Source: a virus (lineage: Duplodnaviria > Caudoviricetes). From it: a stretch of 64,000 nucleotides of DNA. The notes under the pieces were generated by a model, which saw nothing but the letters and a program-made list of their open reading frames with translations, made no database searches and was not told the origin of the DNA. The DNA is taken from IMG/VR virus record IMGVR_UViG_3300045594_000287, positions 1-64,000 of that record. One strand, given 5' to 3'. A program made the translations under genes and the position numbers. Shown piece after piece: positions 26,292 to 37,292 of this stretch (position 1 is the first letter of the stretch; each line of letters opens with the position of its first letter).

Positions 26292-27098
26292 ATGGCGCAA
26301 CAAAAATTCTCCATAGTCAGCATCGACGCATCATTACAGAAGGGAGCAATCATAGTGAATTGCTCCCTTGTCGTCGATGAGGACTCTGTAACGCCGGACA
26401 GTATATTTGTCCTTAATCATAAAAACAGATCACTCCTCAACGTAGAAACCGTTGTTGATGGGCACGATATTTACATCAAATCGAAAGATTACGAGCCAAA
26501 TACAACATACGCCGTATATATACAGGCTTCTGTATCCGACATCGTAGGGACTCACCTGGAAGACGCCCTTATGCGTAATCTGGCATTCAATAGCGACGTG
26601 ACATCTACGGTTGCCTTCACTACCCCATCTAATTTTGAGCTTACTTCGCTGTTTCACTTCGTATGGAAAGAAACGCCGGCAAAGCCGACAGATCAGCTCG
26701 CAAACTCATATGAGTTACAAGTCAGTCGCGAAAATGCATTCTACAACATCACGAATGGCAACACCATATCCATTAATGGCAAAAATGAGTACACTATGGA
26801 ACCACCGGCCGACGAAGGACAATATTACGCAAGAATCCGTGCCGTAAAAGGCACAGAGGTAGGTATTTGGAGCGACATAGTTACTTTCACGTACAAAAAG
26901 TCGGCGACAGCTCCAAATACAGATACCGGTAGCGGAACGCAATCCCCTATCACAATAGAGGACCGGGTTGAGACTGGGGAACTCACGGTTAACTATGATG
27001 TATTATGCGAGACAATCCCCGATGATTTTCCGTTTTCTTTTAGCGAAGCGATATCGTCAGATGGCATCGAAATATCCGTTACGAGGAGTGATGTGTAA
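26292..27098 (+). CDS. Virion protein with Ig-like (Big) and FN3-like domains
   Basis: VD..SV...SI.V, PNTTY.V.I...VSDI.G pattern; YELQVS...YYARIRAV...WS pattern. Confidence 0.7.
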   Translation: MAQQKFSIVSIDASLQKGAIIVNCSLVVDEDSVTPDSIFVLNHKNRSLLNVETVVDGHDIYIKSKDYEPNTTYAVYIQASVSDIVGTHLEDALMRNLAFNSDVTSTVAFTTPSNFELTSLFHFVWKETPAKPTDQLANSYELQVSRENAFYNITNGNTISINGKNEYTMEPPADEGQYYARIRAVKGTEVGIWSDIVTFTYKKSATAPNTDTGSGTQSPITIEDRVETGELTVNYDVLCETIPDDFPFSFSEAISSDGIEISVTRSDV

Positions 27099-27766
27099 TG
27101 TCAATCGAAAAAATTGATTTCACACAGGAGATAAAAGATAACACGGTTATCCATATCAAACCGAAAGATCCGATCAAGGAAAATAGCGTATATACAATAC
27201 GGATAAAAGGAGTGAAGTCGAAAGACGGTAAAAAAGAGCTGCCGCCAATATCAGTTGATATCATGACTCCCCTCTCCCCTATGTACTGCACACTCAGCAG
27301 CGTCAGGGCACTGACTGATTCATTTGGCATTCCGAAAGAAGATATGCTGCTTTATATCCGTGATGCTTCTAAGTTCGCAGATTATGTAGCAAGTGCCTCG
27401 TCTTCAACGTCAAGCACGAATACGTTCGCAAGAGAACAGTTTGTCCGCACGAAAGCTGTCCTGGACTGTCTCACGCGTTCCTGCATGGAACGGACGTCGT
27501 CTGGAGGCGGAAGTACTTATACGCTTGACACCGCAACGATTGAGGATTCTATGAACTCCGGCAGCTATAAAAATATGATAGCGGATCTGCGCAAAGATCT
27601 GGATAAATGGCAGGATGCCATACGTGGATACTTCAACGAAGGGCGTGCGAAACCAAAAGCAACCCGTGTGGGCCTTAAATCTGACCAGAACTCGGATGTA
27701 TCGCATACAACAGTCGACAAGATCCTGGATAGTATTTCTCGTACGCCACCGGAAGGGAGTAATTGA
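27098..27766 (+). CDS. Head-tail connector (neck) protein with N-terminal Ig-like segment
   Basis: ENSVYTIRIKGVKS; PMYCTLSSVR resembles the start of adaptor proteins; position. Confidence 0.55.
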   Translation: MSIEKIDFTQEIKDNTVIHIKPKDPIKENSVYTIRIKGVKSKDGKKELPPISVDIMTPLSPMYCTLSSVRALTDSFGIPKEDMLLYIRDASKFADYVASASSSTSSTNTFAREQFVRTKAVLDCLTRSCMERTSSGGGSTYTLDTATIEDSMNSGSYKNMIADLRKDLDKWQDAIRGYFNEGRAKPKATRVGLKSDQNSDVSHTTVDKILDSISRTPPEGSN

Positions 27767-28233
27767 TAATGGAACCAATGGACACAAAAATCCGCAGCGT
27801 AATCAAGAAATTCTCTTATCCGGTTTGGTTTGTTTTACGAGACCAGAATACGAACTGCACATGTGTAGATTTTACAACGAAGCAGCCTGATCCCAAATGT
27901 AAAAGATGTTTGGGCACAGGAAAGAAAATAAAGCTCGTTAGAGTAAACGCAGCTCATCAAAATGAAGACATCTCTATGCGTGGAGATGGTCTTGGCTATG
28001 GTGAAAAAGTCGTAGCCGGCAACTACTACACTCTAACAGAGGTAGATGCATCGCCTGAGGATATCATCGTTGATGGGTCTGATGTAGACGTGTTACAGCA
28101 TATATACTCGGAACGTACGAATTCTACGAATCCGATATATTACAAGCACTCTACAGCTCCTATGAAATCAAACACTATGACATTCTTGAAAAATTTCAAG
28201 GAGGTGCTAAAAAATGCCGGATATTCCAATTAA
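27763..28233 (+). CDS. Head-closure/neck protein with Zn finger
   Basis: CTC...CKRCLGTG; position. Confidence 0.55.
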   Translation: MIMEPMDTKIRSVIKKFSYPVWFVLRDQNTNCTCVDFTTKQPDPKCKRCLGTGKKIKLVRVNAAHQNEDISMRGDGLGYGEKVVAGNYYTLTEVDASPEDIIVDGSDVDVLQHIYSERTNSTNPIYYKHSTAPMKSNTMTFLKNFKEVLKNAGYSN

Positions 28234-29266
28234 TCTCTCGAAAGATGAGCCTTTGGTTCAAGTAACGATAGACAAGCATTCAAATATGCTAATTATCGGC
28301 AAAGGAGATACTGATTTTTCCATTGCAAACCCAACATATGAAGAAGATCCAACTGAAGTTGCTAAAAGATATGGGCCGAACTCCGAATTAACTGCTTGCT
28401 TTCTAAAAGCACAGGCTCTTGGTGTCGAATACATTTTTCTCATGAATATCAGAAATCATTATGATTTCTTAAGCATCTCAGACACGATTGAGCAGAATGA
28501 CTTTGCTTACGTTGTCCCAATCAGTATATATCTTTCAGAGACATTTACGGATGTCTCCAACAGTAATCACGAAACGACATACTTCTCATATCTGATGAAC
28601 CATCTGAATATACATAATCGATCGGTCTTCATCACTACAGACAAGCATGCTTCACTCTATGAAGATATGGATGCATTCATAAAAGACATGAATGATGTAG
28701 AAAAAAAGTTCTGCACAAACTGCTATCCAGGAGTGAACAAAGAAAACATGATATTTGTTGCTAATAACCTGGAAGAAACAAAATATGCAAATATCTACTT
28801 GGCAGCGGCACTATGCACGACAGATATCAGCCTGTACCCCACCGCAAATTTTGGCACCGCAATATTTGATATTGATCAGTATGACGGCATTGGCAGCTGG
28901 GCTTACTTTAAAAACCATTATTTGTGCGATTGCACGGTAGAAAATTTGTTAAATGAAGCCCCTCTCGGATCTTCTCAAAAAATTGTAACCATCTCTAGGA
29001 TCTGTAAGCTTATTGAACGAGAGATAGACTTCACGGAGTTCAAAGGACGCCAATATACAGAGTATCAACGCTTAAGAATCGCAAAGAAACTAGAACTCTA
29101 TCTCAAGACCCTTACTGGTTACGCGATATATAAGTACAAAATTGAAAGCGTCCAAGCATATCGCGGTGACCCTGGAACCGTAACGGTCCTAAACAGATTC
29201 AAGATCTGGCCAGTCAATAGCATCGCTGAAATAACCATTGAAAAAGGAGTTGAGATTGGGTCATGA
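28214..29266 (+). CDS. Short tail-sheath-like protein
   Basis: LIIG...YG.NSEL N-terminus and sheath C-domain-like ending (ISRI...FKG...I.I.PV.SI.EITI). Confidence 0.55.
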   Translation: MPDIPINLSKDEPLVQVTIDKHSNMLIIGKGDTDFSIANPTYEEDPTEVAKRYGPNSELTACFLKAQALGVEYIFLMNIRNHYDFLSISDTIEQNDFAYVVPISIYLSETFTDVSNSNHETTYFSYLMNHLNIHNRSVFITTDKHASLYEDMDAFIKDMNDVEKKFCTNCYPGVNKENMIFVANNLEETKYANIYLAAALCTTDISLYPTANFGTAIFDIDQYDGIGSWAYFKNHYLCDCTVENLLNEAPLGSSQKIVTISRICKLIEREIDFTEFKGRQYTEYQRLRIAKKLELYLKTLTGYAIYKYKIESVQAYRGDPGTVTVLNRFKIWPVNSIAEITIEKGVEIGS

Positions 29267-29937
29267 GCACTGTAAAGCCAATGCAGCTTGATAATTTAGG
29301 GATACTTCTCCAAAAACAACAGGATGCGAGTAATAACATTAGTGAAAGTCCGGAAGAGATCGTAAAAGAAGATCGAGTTCCAGCTCCTATCACGAAAGCA
29401 AATAAAGGAGCCAGTCTTGACGACTTTGTCACGATGGTTAGCATGCTTGTAACAAAAGGCATGAAGAAGATGGAAGTAGAATTCCAACCCGATGAAGGCG
29501 CGCGAATAAGTGCAGATATGTCAAAGAAAATTGACCATCCTTACATTTATTATGAAGTAATCAAAAGAGAGCCTTCTAAAGAACTTAAACCTCGTGAAAG
29601 AGAAACTATTGACGAAATTACAGACGACAAAAACAGCCGTAGAAAAGGGCGTATTTACGGGCAAAGATTCGATTGCGTAGTGCAATTTAATTTCTTCGCT
29701 TGTGATTATAAGACGGTTAATAAAGTAATGAATGATTTTGAAGAACTTATCTTCAATTACTCCGCTTACCTTAAGGAAAACGGAGTAGCTGAAATTTTGT
29801 TCAAAAAGCATTTTACAGACAAGAATCTTGACGAATACCGGCAGAGCCTGTCGATACGGAGCCTTCAATACTCTGTAACGATCGAAAAACTCTTTGCTAC
29901 ATTCGATTCTGAGATTGAGAATGTTTCCATTGATTGA
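29263..29937 (+). CDS. Tail completion/terminator-like protein
   Basis: Position just upstream of the sheath; PYIYY...FDCVVQF..FA pattern. Confidence 0.5.
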   Translation: MSTVKPMQLDNLGILLQKQQDASNNISESPEEIVKEDRVPAPITKANKGASLDDFVTMVSMLVTKGMKKMEVEFQPDEGARISADMSKKIDHPYIYYEVIKREPSKELKPRERETIDEITDDKNSRRKGRIYGQRFDCVVQFNFFACDYKTVNKVMNDFEELIFNYSAYLKENGVAEILFKKHFTDKNLDEYRQSLSIRSLQYSVTIEKLFATFDSEIENVSID

Positions 29938-29967
29938 TGGATAAAACCTGTAAGGAGGAAAAAGTAA

Positions 29968-32900
29968 ATGAGTATTTTTGACAATGAAAACAACCTTCCT
30001 GGCGTTATCACAGAAGTCGAAGCTGACTATAGCTATGGTTATGACACCTCGCTGTTTGGCACGACTGATAGTGAACTGGTGATTGGTACTGCTTTCGATG
30101 GCCCTGTCGGTGTTCCTACCCCGGTATACTCTCCGGAACACGCAGCTTACGTATTTGGTGCGCCGTATGATTCCACTAAGAAACAGGAAGCTACCCTGAC
30201 CGCTGGTGTGCAGGATGCCTGGGATCGTGGCTGCCGTACGATTTACGCAGTTCGAGTAGGCGGTAAGGATCTCTACAAGGACTTCAATTTCTGCGTAGAT
30301 AACGGATTCAAGCTTCGTGTATCTTCCATGTTCCCATCCAACACTGGTAAGGAAGTATACATGTACTACGACAACAGCAAGGGTGCTGAGAAGGTAAGCT
30401 TCTATAAGCCGGCCTCCCGTGCAACGATTGCAGAGAAAAAGAGCGGCCTGGTAACGAGCTCGAACGCAGTCTTGGTAACGGAGCTGAAACTTGCCGAGGA
30501 TCGCTCGATCAACTACGATTCCAAACTCGTAGATATGATCAACCTCGTAAATTCCGATGCATACAATAATGTTATCAAGCTCTCCATCGTAAATGCTGAC
30601 GGCGTTGACGTCACGAATTCCATGGAAGCTTATGAGATTCCTCTTGGCGTTATGTATCCTGGTGCTTACTTCATCGGTCGCAATGCTAACGCAAAAGGCC
30701 TGACGGAGAAGACCGAGACTCAGTTCTGCCTGCTCGAGAATGGCGTAACGAAGCCGTACTCCGATTTCACTGATGCTTACTTCCGTAAGCTCATCATCAA
30801 CACGGATGTGACGCAGAACTTGCCGATCTATGCCGCCAAAGCTGATGATCTTCGTACGATTCTTCGCGATGTCAGCATCACGATGATCAAGCCGTATGAC
30901 TTTCTGAAACAGTCCGGCATTTCGGATCGCGCATGGATCCCGGATTTCGTTGACTATGAAGAGACCAACCTTTCTTCTTTCGAGCTCTATAAGCGTCTCG
31001 GCTGTGGCTATGCGGTAACAGCTCGCGCAGAGCGTCGCCTGGACAGCAACAACAACGAGCTGTCTCCGCGTATTCGTGAGACGCCGACCGAAGATACGGC
31101 AAATCGCATCCAGGCTATCGAGGATGGTATCTATTCCGTCCTGCAGGACGCAGAGATCCGTTATCGTGCCCTGACTTGTGCATATGCAGATCAGAAGATC
31201 TCCGGCAAGCTTCCGCGTGCTACTGACTTCCAGAAGGCAATCGCAAAAGAGGTCGAGGTTCTTTCGGTCGATGCCACGAGCCAGACAAAGGCGATCGTAC
31301 TTACTCCGAAAGTTGATGCCGCTGAGCGCGTAAACGCAAAGGCATACGAAGTAAGCTTCAAGGATATCTCAAAAGATACAAATAAAACGGTTGCTGTATC
31401 CGACATCTACACCAATGCAGTATTCGAGGTCATCGGTGCAGTTGCCAAGGCAGCTGATCTTGCAAAAGCAAATTTCGCAGCCGGTACGAAAGTACTCGTT
31501 GAAGACACGAACGAGTTCAAGCATTTTACGACTTCTGGCCTGGTGGATCTTGACGCGAAGACCCTGGCTGGTAAGTCTTTCATCGTCAAAGGCACGGATG
31601 GCAAGAATGCACTCTACACGGTAGATGCAGCTGGCATCGTATCCAAGCCGGCCGATGTAATGAGCACGAAAGTAGTAGACGTTGACGCTACGAAAGCAAA
31701 CCAGGACAAAGAAAATGCCGATGCCGCAGCTGCTACGCCGCCGCGTACGCCGAAGACGGTCGACAAAGTCATGAAGACCGTGAACGCTAAGTTTGTCCTT
31801 GGCAGCATCTTGGATAACGTATTCGTTTATGCTTCTGGTGCTGGCAATGAACTAACTCCGGTCGGTGATTTCGAGAACGTCACGAAAGATGACAACGAGA
31901 AGACGGTAGTATTCGCTGAGAACCTGCCGACTGGTGTCAATAAAGTGGTTATCGGCTCCACGGTGTTCGTGAATACGACCCTTGAAGAGCTGGTAGAGCT
32001 GCTCAATACGAACGTTATCACTTCGAAGCTGTTCACGGCTGCCATGTCAAATGACGGTGCGGTTGAGAAAGATGAGTTCGTCGAGAACACGAACGGCAAG
32101 TTCCCTCAGGTTTATACGGAGAAGTTCAGCCTGGCAGCAGATCGCTCGATCGGTTATGACTACAGCCTGTACATCCCGTATCGCACGACTGATAACTTCG
32201 CACGTCAGCTGGCACAGCACTGCACGTACACGGAGCTGAAAACGACTCCGACGTTCGGCTTCATTGGCTGCCAGCGTATGACCAACGTTGGTCTGAAGAG
32301 CGTTTCTGATAAGGTAACGGATCTGCTCGAGATGGACTTCGACCTTTATGCCAAGACGAACTCCGGCCGCGACATCCTGGACCGCCAGAATCGCCCGTAT
32401 CCGATCGGCAAAAACGTATCCATCGTATTCGCTCAGTATGCGGTTCCAATGACGGATTATAACTACACGTACAGCGCTACTGGTGCTGCTGGTTATGCCG
32501 GCATGGTATCCACTCTTCCACTCGACCAGAGCTCCACGGCTCAGGCCATTGCGATCGACTCCACGAACTTCTCGCTCACTCAGTATCAGCTGGGCAAGCT
32601 CACTTCGAAGGGCATCGTAACCATGCGTAAGAGCTTCTCGAAAGGTATCGTCGTAACTGATGGTATCACGATGGCTCCATCCGATTCCGTTTACCGTCGC
32701 CTGTCCTGCAGCCGTATCGTTGGTTCCATCGAGGAATTGATCCGTGCAGCAGCAGAGCCATTCATCGGTAAGCAGAACCATACGGCAAACCGTAACGCAC
32801 TGCATACGGCAATCAAGTCGAAGCTCGACAAGATCGTTGGTACTCTCGTCGAGAAGTACAACTTCACGATGAATACAGATACTCGCATCGAGAAGTTCAA

Positions 32901-32991
32901 TTACATCGATATCACGTATCAGATCGTTCCGATCTATGAGATCCGTGAGATTCGTAACACGATCCAGGTAAAGGATAACCTCACTGTATGA
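29968..32991 (+). CDS. Contractile tail sheath protein
   Basis: LPGV..E, IGTA.DGP...P, FG N-terminus; C-terminal R..AEPFIG..N...I.P.YEIREI. Confidence 0.9.
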   Translation: MSIFDNENNLPGVITEVEADYSYGYDTSLFGTTDSELVIGTAFDGPVGVPTPVYSPEHAAYVFGAPYDSTKKQEATLTAGVQDAWDRGCRTIYAVRVGGKDLYKDFNFCVDNGFKLRVSSMFPSNTGKEVYMYYDNSKGAEKVSFYKPASRATIAEKKSGLVTSSNAVLVTELKLAEDRSINYDSKLVDMINLVNSDAYNNVIKLSIVNADGVDVTNSMEAYEIPLGVMYPGAYFIGRNANAKGLTEKTETQFCLLENGVTKPYSDFTDAYFRKLIINTDVTQNLPIYAAKADDLRTILRDVSITMIKPYDFLKQSGISDRAWIPDFVDYEETNLSSFELYKRLGCGYAVTARAERRLDSNNNELSPRIRETPTEDTANRIQAIEDGIYSVLQDAEIRYRALTCAYADQKISGKLPRATDFQKAIAKEVEVLSVDATSQTKAIVLTPKVDAAERVNAKAYEVSFKDISKDTNKTVAVSDIYTNAVFEVIGAVAKAADLAKANFAAGTKVLVEDTNEFKHFTTSGLVDLDAKTLAGKSFIVKGTDGKNALYTVDAAGIVSKPADVMSTKVVDVDATKANQDKENADAAAATPPRTPKTVDKVMKTVNAKFVLGSILDNVFVYASGAGNELTPVGDFENVTKDDNEKTVVFAENLPTGVNKVVIGSTVFVNTTLEELVELLNTNVITSKLFTAAMSNDGAVEKDEFVENTNGKFPQVYTEKFSLAADRSIGYDYSLYIPYRTTDNFARQLAQHCTYTELKTTPTFGFIGCQRMTNVGLKSVSDKVTDLLEMDFDLYAKTNSGRDILDRQNRPYPIGKNVSIVFAQYAVPMTDYNYTYSATGAAGYAGMVSTLPLDQSSTAQAIAIDSTNFSLTQYQLGKLTSKGIVTMRKSFSKGIVVTDGITMAPSDSVYRRLSCSRIVGSIEELIRAAAEPFIGKQNHTANRNALHTAIKSKLDKIVGTLVEKYNFTMNTDTRIEKFNYIDITYQIVPIYEIREIRNTIQVKDNLTV

Positions 32992-33048
32992 TGTCCGGGG
33001 GCTCTACGCCCCCTTTCATTATAAATCTTATAAGGAGTTGACATAATA

Positions 33049-33687
33049 ATGGCAAATAACACAGTTGCTACTGAGTACACGAAGACTTATACCTCGTTTA
33101 GTGGTTGCGACATTGTATGCACATTCGGTAACACCGTTATCGGTGAGCTGCAGGCCATAACTTATCATGTACAGCGTGAGAAAGCACCTATCTATACGAT
33201 GGGTTCAGCTGAGCCGCGTTCGTTCTCTCGTGGTAAGCGTGGTATCGCAGGCACTCTGGTGTTTACGATCTTTGACCGTGATGCACTGATCGAAGGTTTA
33301 AAGGAGCATATCGCCAGCGAACAGTCCTTCCAGCGCATTGGTAAGGATCTTAATATGCAGGCAATCACGATTGATCAGTGGGATAGCCAGATGACCGACA
33401 TGGCATCTGCAGGTATCTCCGGTTCGAATTCGCAGAACGCGGAAGAGATCACGAAGAACGTTGCAGCAACGACTACTCCAGCATATGCGGATGAGATTCC
33501 TCCATTTGATATCACTGTATCGTTCGCGAATGAGTACGGCCAGAAGGCTACTCTGGTTCTGTACGGCGTTGAGATCCTGAACGAAGGCTCTGGCTTCTCA
33601 ATCGATAACGTAACATCTGAGAAGGCATGCACATTCGTTGCTCGTAAGGTTGAGTATATGAAGCCTGTCGACAAAGACTCGAACTAA
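33049..33687 (+). CDS. Tail tube protein
   Basis: Follows the sheath; SFSG.D, G.LQ.ITY...EK.P, RG.RGIAG.LVF, DEIPPFDI, YGV.I.NEG. Confidence 0.8.
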   Translation: MANNTVATEYTKTYTSFSGCDIVCTFGNTVIGELQAITYHVQREKAPIYTMGSAEPRSFSRGKRGIAGTLVFTIFDRDALIEGLKEHIASEQSFQRIGKDLNMQAITIDQWDSQMTDMASAGISGSNSQNAEEITKNVAATTTPAYADEIPPFDITVSFANEYGQKATLVLYGVEILNEGSGFSIDNVTSEKACTFVARKVEYMKPVDKDSN

Positions 33688-33707
33688 ATTACACCCCGTA
33701 AAAGGGT

Positions 33708-33750
33708 AATAGGAAGGTTGAGGATATAATCCTTGACCTTCCTATTTTTT
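33708..33750 (+). terminator. Intrinsic terminator after the tube gene
   Basis: AATAGGAAGGT...ACCTTCCTATT plus T run. Confidence 0.75.
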
Positions 33751-33760
33751 ATAAAAAAGA

Positions 33761-33781
33761 TTTAGTCGTTTGTCGACTAAT
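33761..33781. promoter_or_regulatory. 21-bp imperfect palindrome TTTAGTC-N7-GACTAAW, copy 1
   Basis: Also at 53751-53771 and 53787-53807. Confidence 0.7.
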
Positions 33782-33800
33782 TTCAGAAAAGAGGTTAAGC

Positions 33801-34709
33801 ATGATTGCTTCAGACTTAAAAAGCGGTCGAGTTGGAAACTCCATGAGCATATATGGCGATACATATACAACTTTTTCCGGCCATGATATGGTGTGCTCAT
33901 TTGAGCTCCCCCTACCGACTGGCGGAACTTTATTTAAAATCATAGGAGCGCTTCAGACTGTAACCTATTCAATCCATAATGAAAAAACTCCTGTGCGATG
34001 CGTAGGAGATATGAATCCAAAAGGCTATGTTTTTGGAACAAGAACTATTGCCGGCACGCTGATCTTCACTGTGTTCAATAAACATTGGGCAAAAGAAATG
34101 ATGGAAGAATATCTAAAAAATGCAGAAGTTGATGCACACATGCTTACAGATGAACTTCCACCATTCAATATAACTGTAAGCTGTGCAAATGAATATGGAG
34201 CCGAGGCCAGGTTGGCAATATATGGAGTAACTATTGTCAATGAGGGACAAGTTATGAGTATCAATGACGTGTATACGGAAAATACTTATCAGTTTTTCGC
34301 GACAGATGTTGACTACATGACGGACGTGACCAATATTGCTTCAGGAGGTTCGTCAGGAGGAAGAAATAACAGCCTCCCACCCATTGTCACTCCAAAAGGA
34401 AGAACGCCAGACAAACCAACTCCGGTAGAAAATCCATCATACGATGATGACAAGGGAAGCAAACCGAAAGTTCCTGACACAGACCCATTGAAACCATCAT
34501 CTTCAGCAAAAGACTGGCCAGCAACAGAAGAGGAAGCTATGAATGAAGCACAAAATAGCTACGACGAGAGATTGAAAAAGATTCAGGTTGATTTTACCCA
34601 GGGAAATATCAATGCGACTGAAGCACGAAGGCAGCAGTTGATGCTGCAACGAGCACTTAAAATCACCCAGACGGCCATTCGGCATCATTACGAAGGAGAG
34701 TTAGCATGA
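33801..34709 (+). CDS. Tail tube paralog with Pro-rich linker and helical C-terminus
   Basis: Aligns by eye with 33049-33687 (TFSG.D, GALQT.TY, RTIAGTLIF, DELPPFNI, ANEYG). Confidence 0.75.
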   Translation: MIASDLKSGRVGNSMSIYGDTYTTFSGHDMVCSFELPLPTGGTLFKIIGALQTVTYSIHNEKTPVRCVGDMNPKGYVFGTRTIAGTLIFTVFNKHWAKEMMEEYLKNAEVDAHMLTDELPPFNITVSCANEYGAEARLAIYGVTIVNEGQVMSINDVYTENTYQFFATDVDYMTDVTNIASGGSSGGRNNSLPPIVTPKGRTPDKPTPVENPSYDDDKGSKPKVPDTDPLKPSSSAKDWPATEEEAMNEAQNSYDERLKKIQVDFTQGNINATEARRQQLMLQRALKITQTAIRHHYEGELA

Positions 34710-36589
34710 TGGAATTATATCCATTCTGTTTTTTACGGCAGCATGGCGATTGTATAGAACTGAAGATAAATACTCGTAAATATGGTCATGACACGGTCTA
34801 TTGGTACAAGAGCAACGATCCGTCGAGAATCAATTCGGCACCGATTACGGATGACACGATGATCATTGGCGGTTTCAATGAATCCGGGAACTACTCATTC
34901 TATAGCGCTAAAGGTGCTGATAAGTCTCTGACGATGACATTATTCTTTCTATCGATAAGCAGTGAGAAATATGTGTCACAGCTGAAAAGCTACGTATCTT
35001 CCTTTATCGATGACGGGTATGCCGAATCAGTATTCAGTACAATACAAAAAGAAATGGAAAAAGGATACGAGAGCCTGAAGAAAGAAAAAGAAGACGCGAT
35101 CTCAGCAGTAAAGCGGAAAGTAGATGAAAAAAGCATACATGAAGACGATGCGAAAGCAGCAATAAAGAATTATGAATTACAGTACCTGCATGACATGCGC
35201 GTATCCCCTACCCCTCTTGAGATAGCATGTGACATGTATTCTAAGATAAAAGACCTGCAAGCATTTGAAATATCGACTTATAGCCAGATATTCCAGGTAT
35301 TCGAACGCTACGCTTATTTACAGGCAATATCAATGAATATGGATAACAGGTGCGACATAAGCATTACGTCGGATGCGGCCCCACTACTTACCGTGGGCGC
35401 AATGGTTACAAAAATCGTCCTGGAAAAAGTTACTTCTCGAGGGGTTATCCCCTATAAAACGATAGAAGTCCCATGCAGTGGAAGATATATTCTTAGGTTC
35501 GGGGTAGATAGATCATACCGCATCTTGCTGTATTCTGACAATGAAATGGTATGTACAATGAATCATTATCAGATGGATGAGGCTTGTCTGTCTTATCTAT
35601 GGACAGAAGAAAAGACTCTCTCAGACGAGATAGAACAGGCTATGAGCGATGACATGATGTACGACAATACCGGCATAGAAATGACACATGAAGAAAAGGA
35701 ATACGCAATCGCGGAAAAAAAGAAAGGCGCTTTTGATTGCATATGCTGCCGCCCACGCCTTGATCATATACATTGGAATAAGATGTATTTCTATATCGAT
35801 GAATATGAAATGCTTAACGCATTAGGGAAAAAATTTTACTTAGCTGGAAAAGAATCGGATCTGCTATTTACGGCGAATAATGAACGAAATTCAGAGATCA
35901 CGAACGAGTACGCGAGTATAGACTGCAAGGAAAACTATCTCGACGGCAACATTCTGTTCTATGTAATAGACGGAAGTCATCGTATCGTAAGCAAAGTAAC
36001 TAGGTATTCATACGATGAAGACCTTTCTGAATACAACTATAAGCTTAGAAACGTAGAAATTGATGCTTATAATCAGCGTATACAGAACATCTTAAAAGTA
36101 CAGGCACCATATGCTAAGAATACGGTGGAAAAGTTATTGGATAACGCCAGAGGTGATGAGACTATTTCAGTTGATGGCCTATGGAAATACCTTATATCAT
36201 CCATCAGCGGTGACAATTCTTTCACTGAAGACAAGATTAAGGTATACCATGCATTACTTGAAGATCTGTCCGTAAATTCTACGTGTGATGCTGACTTTTT
36301 TGATTCTGGAGTGCTATATTCACACGCTACAGATATCTATGCATTCCCCGGGAAGAAAAAACCATACGCATTGGCCGTATACGCATTCAATGATTCTGAT
36401 TCTACGATTCATTCTTGGTTTTATCCGTCATTCAACGCATCGATTGACATCCAGGCGCGTCAATATGATTGCTATATCATGTTTGCGATCGACTCAGAAA
36501 CATACAAACGTTCTGGTTTTATACTGGCAAAAACAAATAAGAAGGACCATAGAATATACAATTACAATATAGGAATCGAGATGAGTTAA
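34706..36589 (+). CDS. Hypothetical protein (627 aa)
   Basis: Long ORF, translationally coupled to neighbours. Confidence 0.8.
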   Translation: MMELYPFCFLRQHGDCIELKINTRKYGHDTVYWYKSNDPSRINSAPITDDTMIIGGFNESGNYSFYSAKGADKSLTMTLFFLSISSEKYVSQLKSYVSSFIDDGYAESVFSTIQKEMEKGYESLKKEKEDAISAVKRKVDEKSIHEDDAKAAIKNYELQYLHDMRVSPTPLEIACDMYSKIKDLQAFEISTYSQIFQVFERYAYLQAISMNMDNRCDISITSDAAPLLTVGAMVTKIVLEKVTSRGVIPYKTIEVPCSGRYILRFGVDRSYRILLYSDNEMVCTMNHYQMDEACLSYLWTEEKTLSDEIEQAMSDDMMYDNTGIEMTHEEKEYAIAEKKKGAFDCICCRPRLDHIHWNKMYFYIDEYEMLNALGKKFYLAGKESDLLFTANNERNSEITNEYASIDCKENYLDGNILFYVIDGSHRIVSKVTRYSYDEDLSEYNYKLRNVEIDAYNQRIQNILKVQAPYAKNTVEKLLDNARGDETISVDGLWKYLISSISGDNSFTEDKIKVYHALLEDLSVNSTCDADFFDSGVLYSHATDIYAFPGKKKPYALAVYAFNDSDSTIHSWFYPSFNASIDIQARQYDCYIMFAIDSETYKRSGFILAKTNKKDHRIYNYNIGIEMS

Positions 36590-37240
36590 ATGGGCACAGT
36601 ATCAAAGACATTGGATAAACGTCCTATCCATACTCCATATATAACCACATATGACCGTGTAAAAACCGCTAATGGCTTCAAGGAAAGTAGTGCATATCTG
36701 AAAAGATATTATTCTATGATCGATGCAGAAATCTACTTTGGAGATTTTTATGTGGAAGATGTCATAGACCTTGATTGGGCACTCGTTCAAAATACGCAAC
36801 CTCTGTATGGATATAACTCTTACATCTATGATGAAGTCGCTCAAGGGTCAAGACATGTAAGTGGCAAGTTCAGTATCGCTTTCTCCTCCCCTAATTATCT
36901 GAACAAAATCCTGGAGCAGGCAAAAGAAGATCCTATCACGACAATGAGTTCCTATGTTATCCCGGCACACGAACGAGTAACGGACCACATCGAAGGTGCA
37001 ATAAATAAGAATCTTGAAGGCGAAATAGACAATCCTAAACATAATTGTATATGGCCACAAACATTTGATATCGATATCATCTATGGACAGAAAACTGGCG
37101 TTGGCGATCCGGTACATGTAGTACTTCAAGGGGTCAAACTTGTCGGAGTACAAAGCAGCGTAAGCGGAGAATCAAGCAGGGCTCCGCAGATAGAAGAAAT
37201 ATATACTTTCGTAGCACAAGATATCAAAACGATTGCTTGA
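36590..37240 (+). CDS. Divergent tail tube-like protein
   Basis: P.YGY..., G.R.V.G.F.I.F, FDIDI.YG, L.GV.L, Y.FVA.DI mirror the tube motifs. Confidence 0.6.
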   Translation: MGTVSKTLDKRPIHTPYITTYDRVKTANGFKESSAYLKRYYSMIDAEIYFGDFYVEDVIDLDWALVQNTQPLYGYNSYIYDEVAQGSRHVSGKFSIAFSSPNYLNKILEQAKEDPITTMSSYVIPAHERVTDHIEGAINKNLEGEIDNPKHNCIWPQTFDIDIIYGQKTGVGDPVHVVLQGVKLVGVQSSVSGESSRAPQIEEIYTFVAQDIKTIA

Positions 37241-37292
37241 TAGGTAATATACATTTTGAAAACATTATTAAAAATAGTTGGAGGGTTTTAAC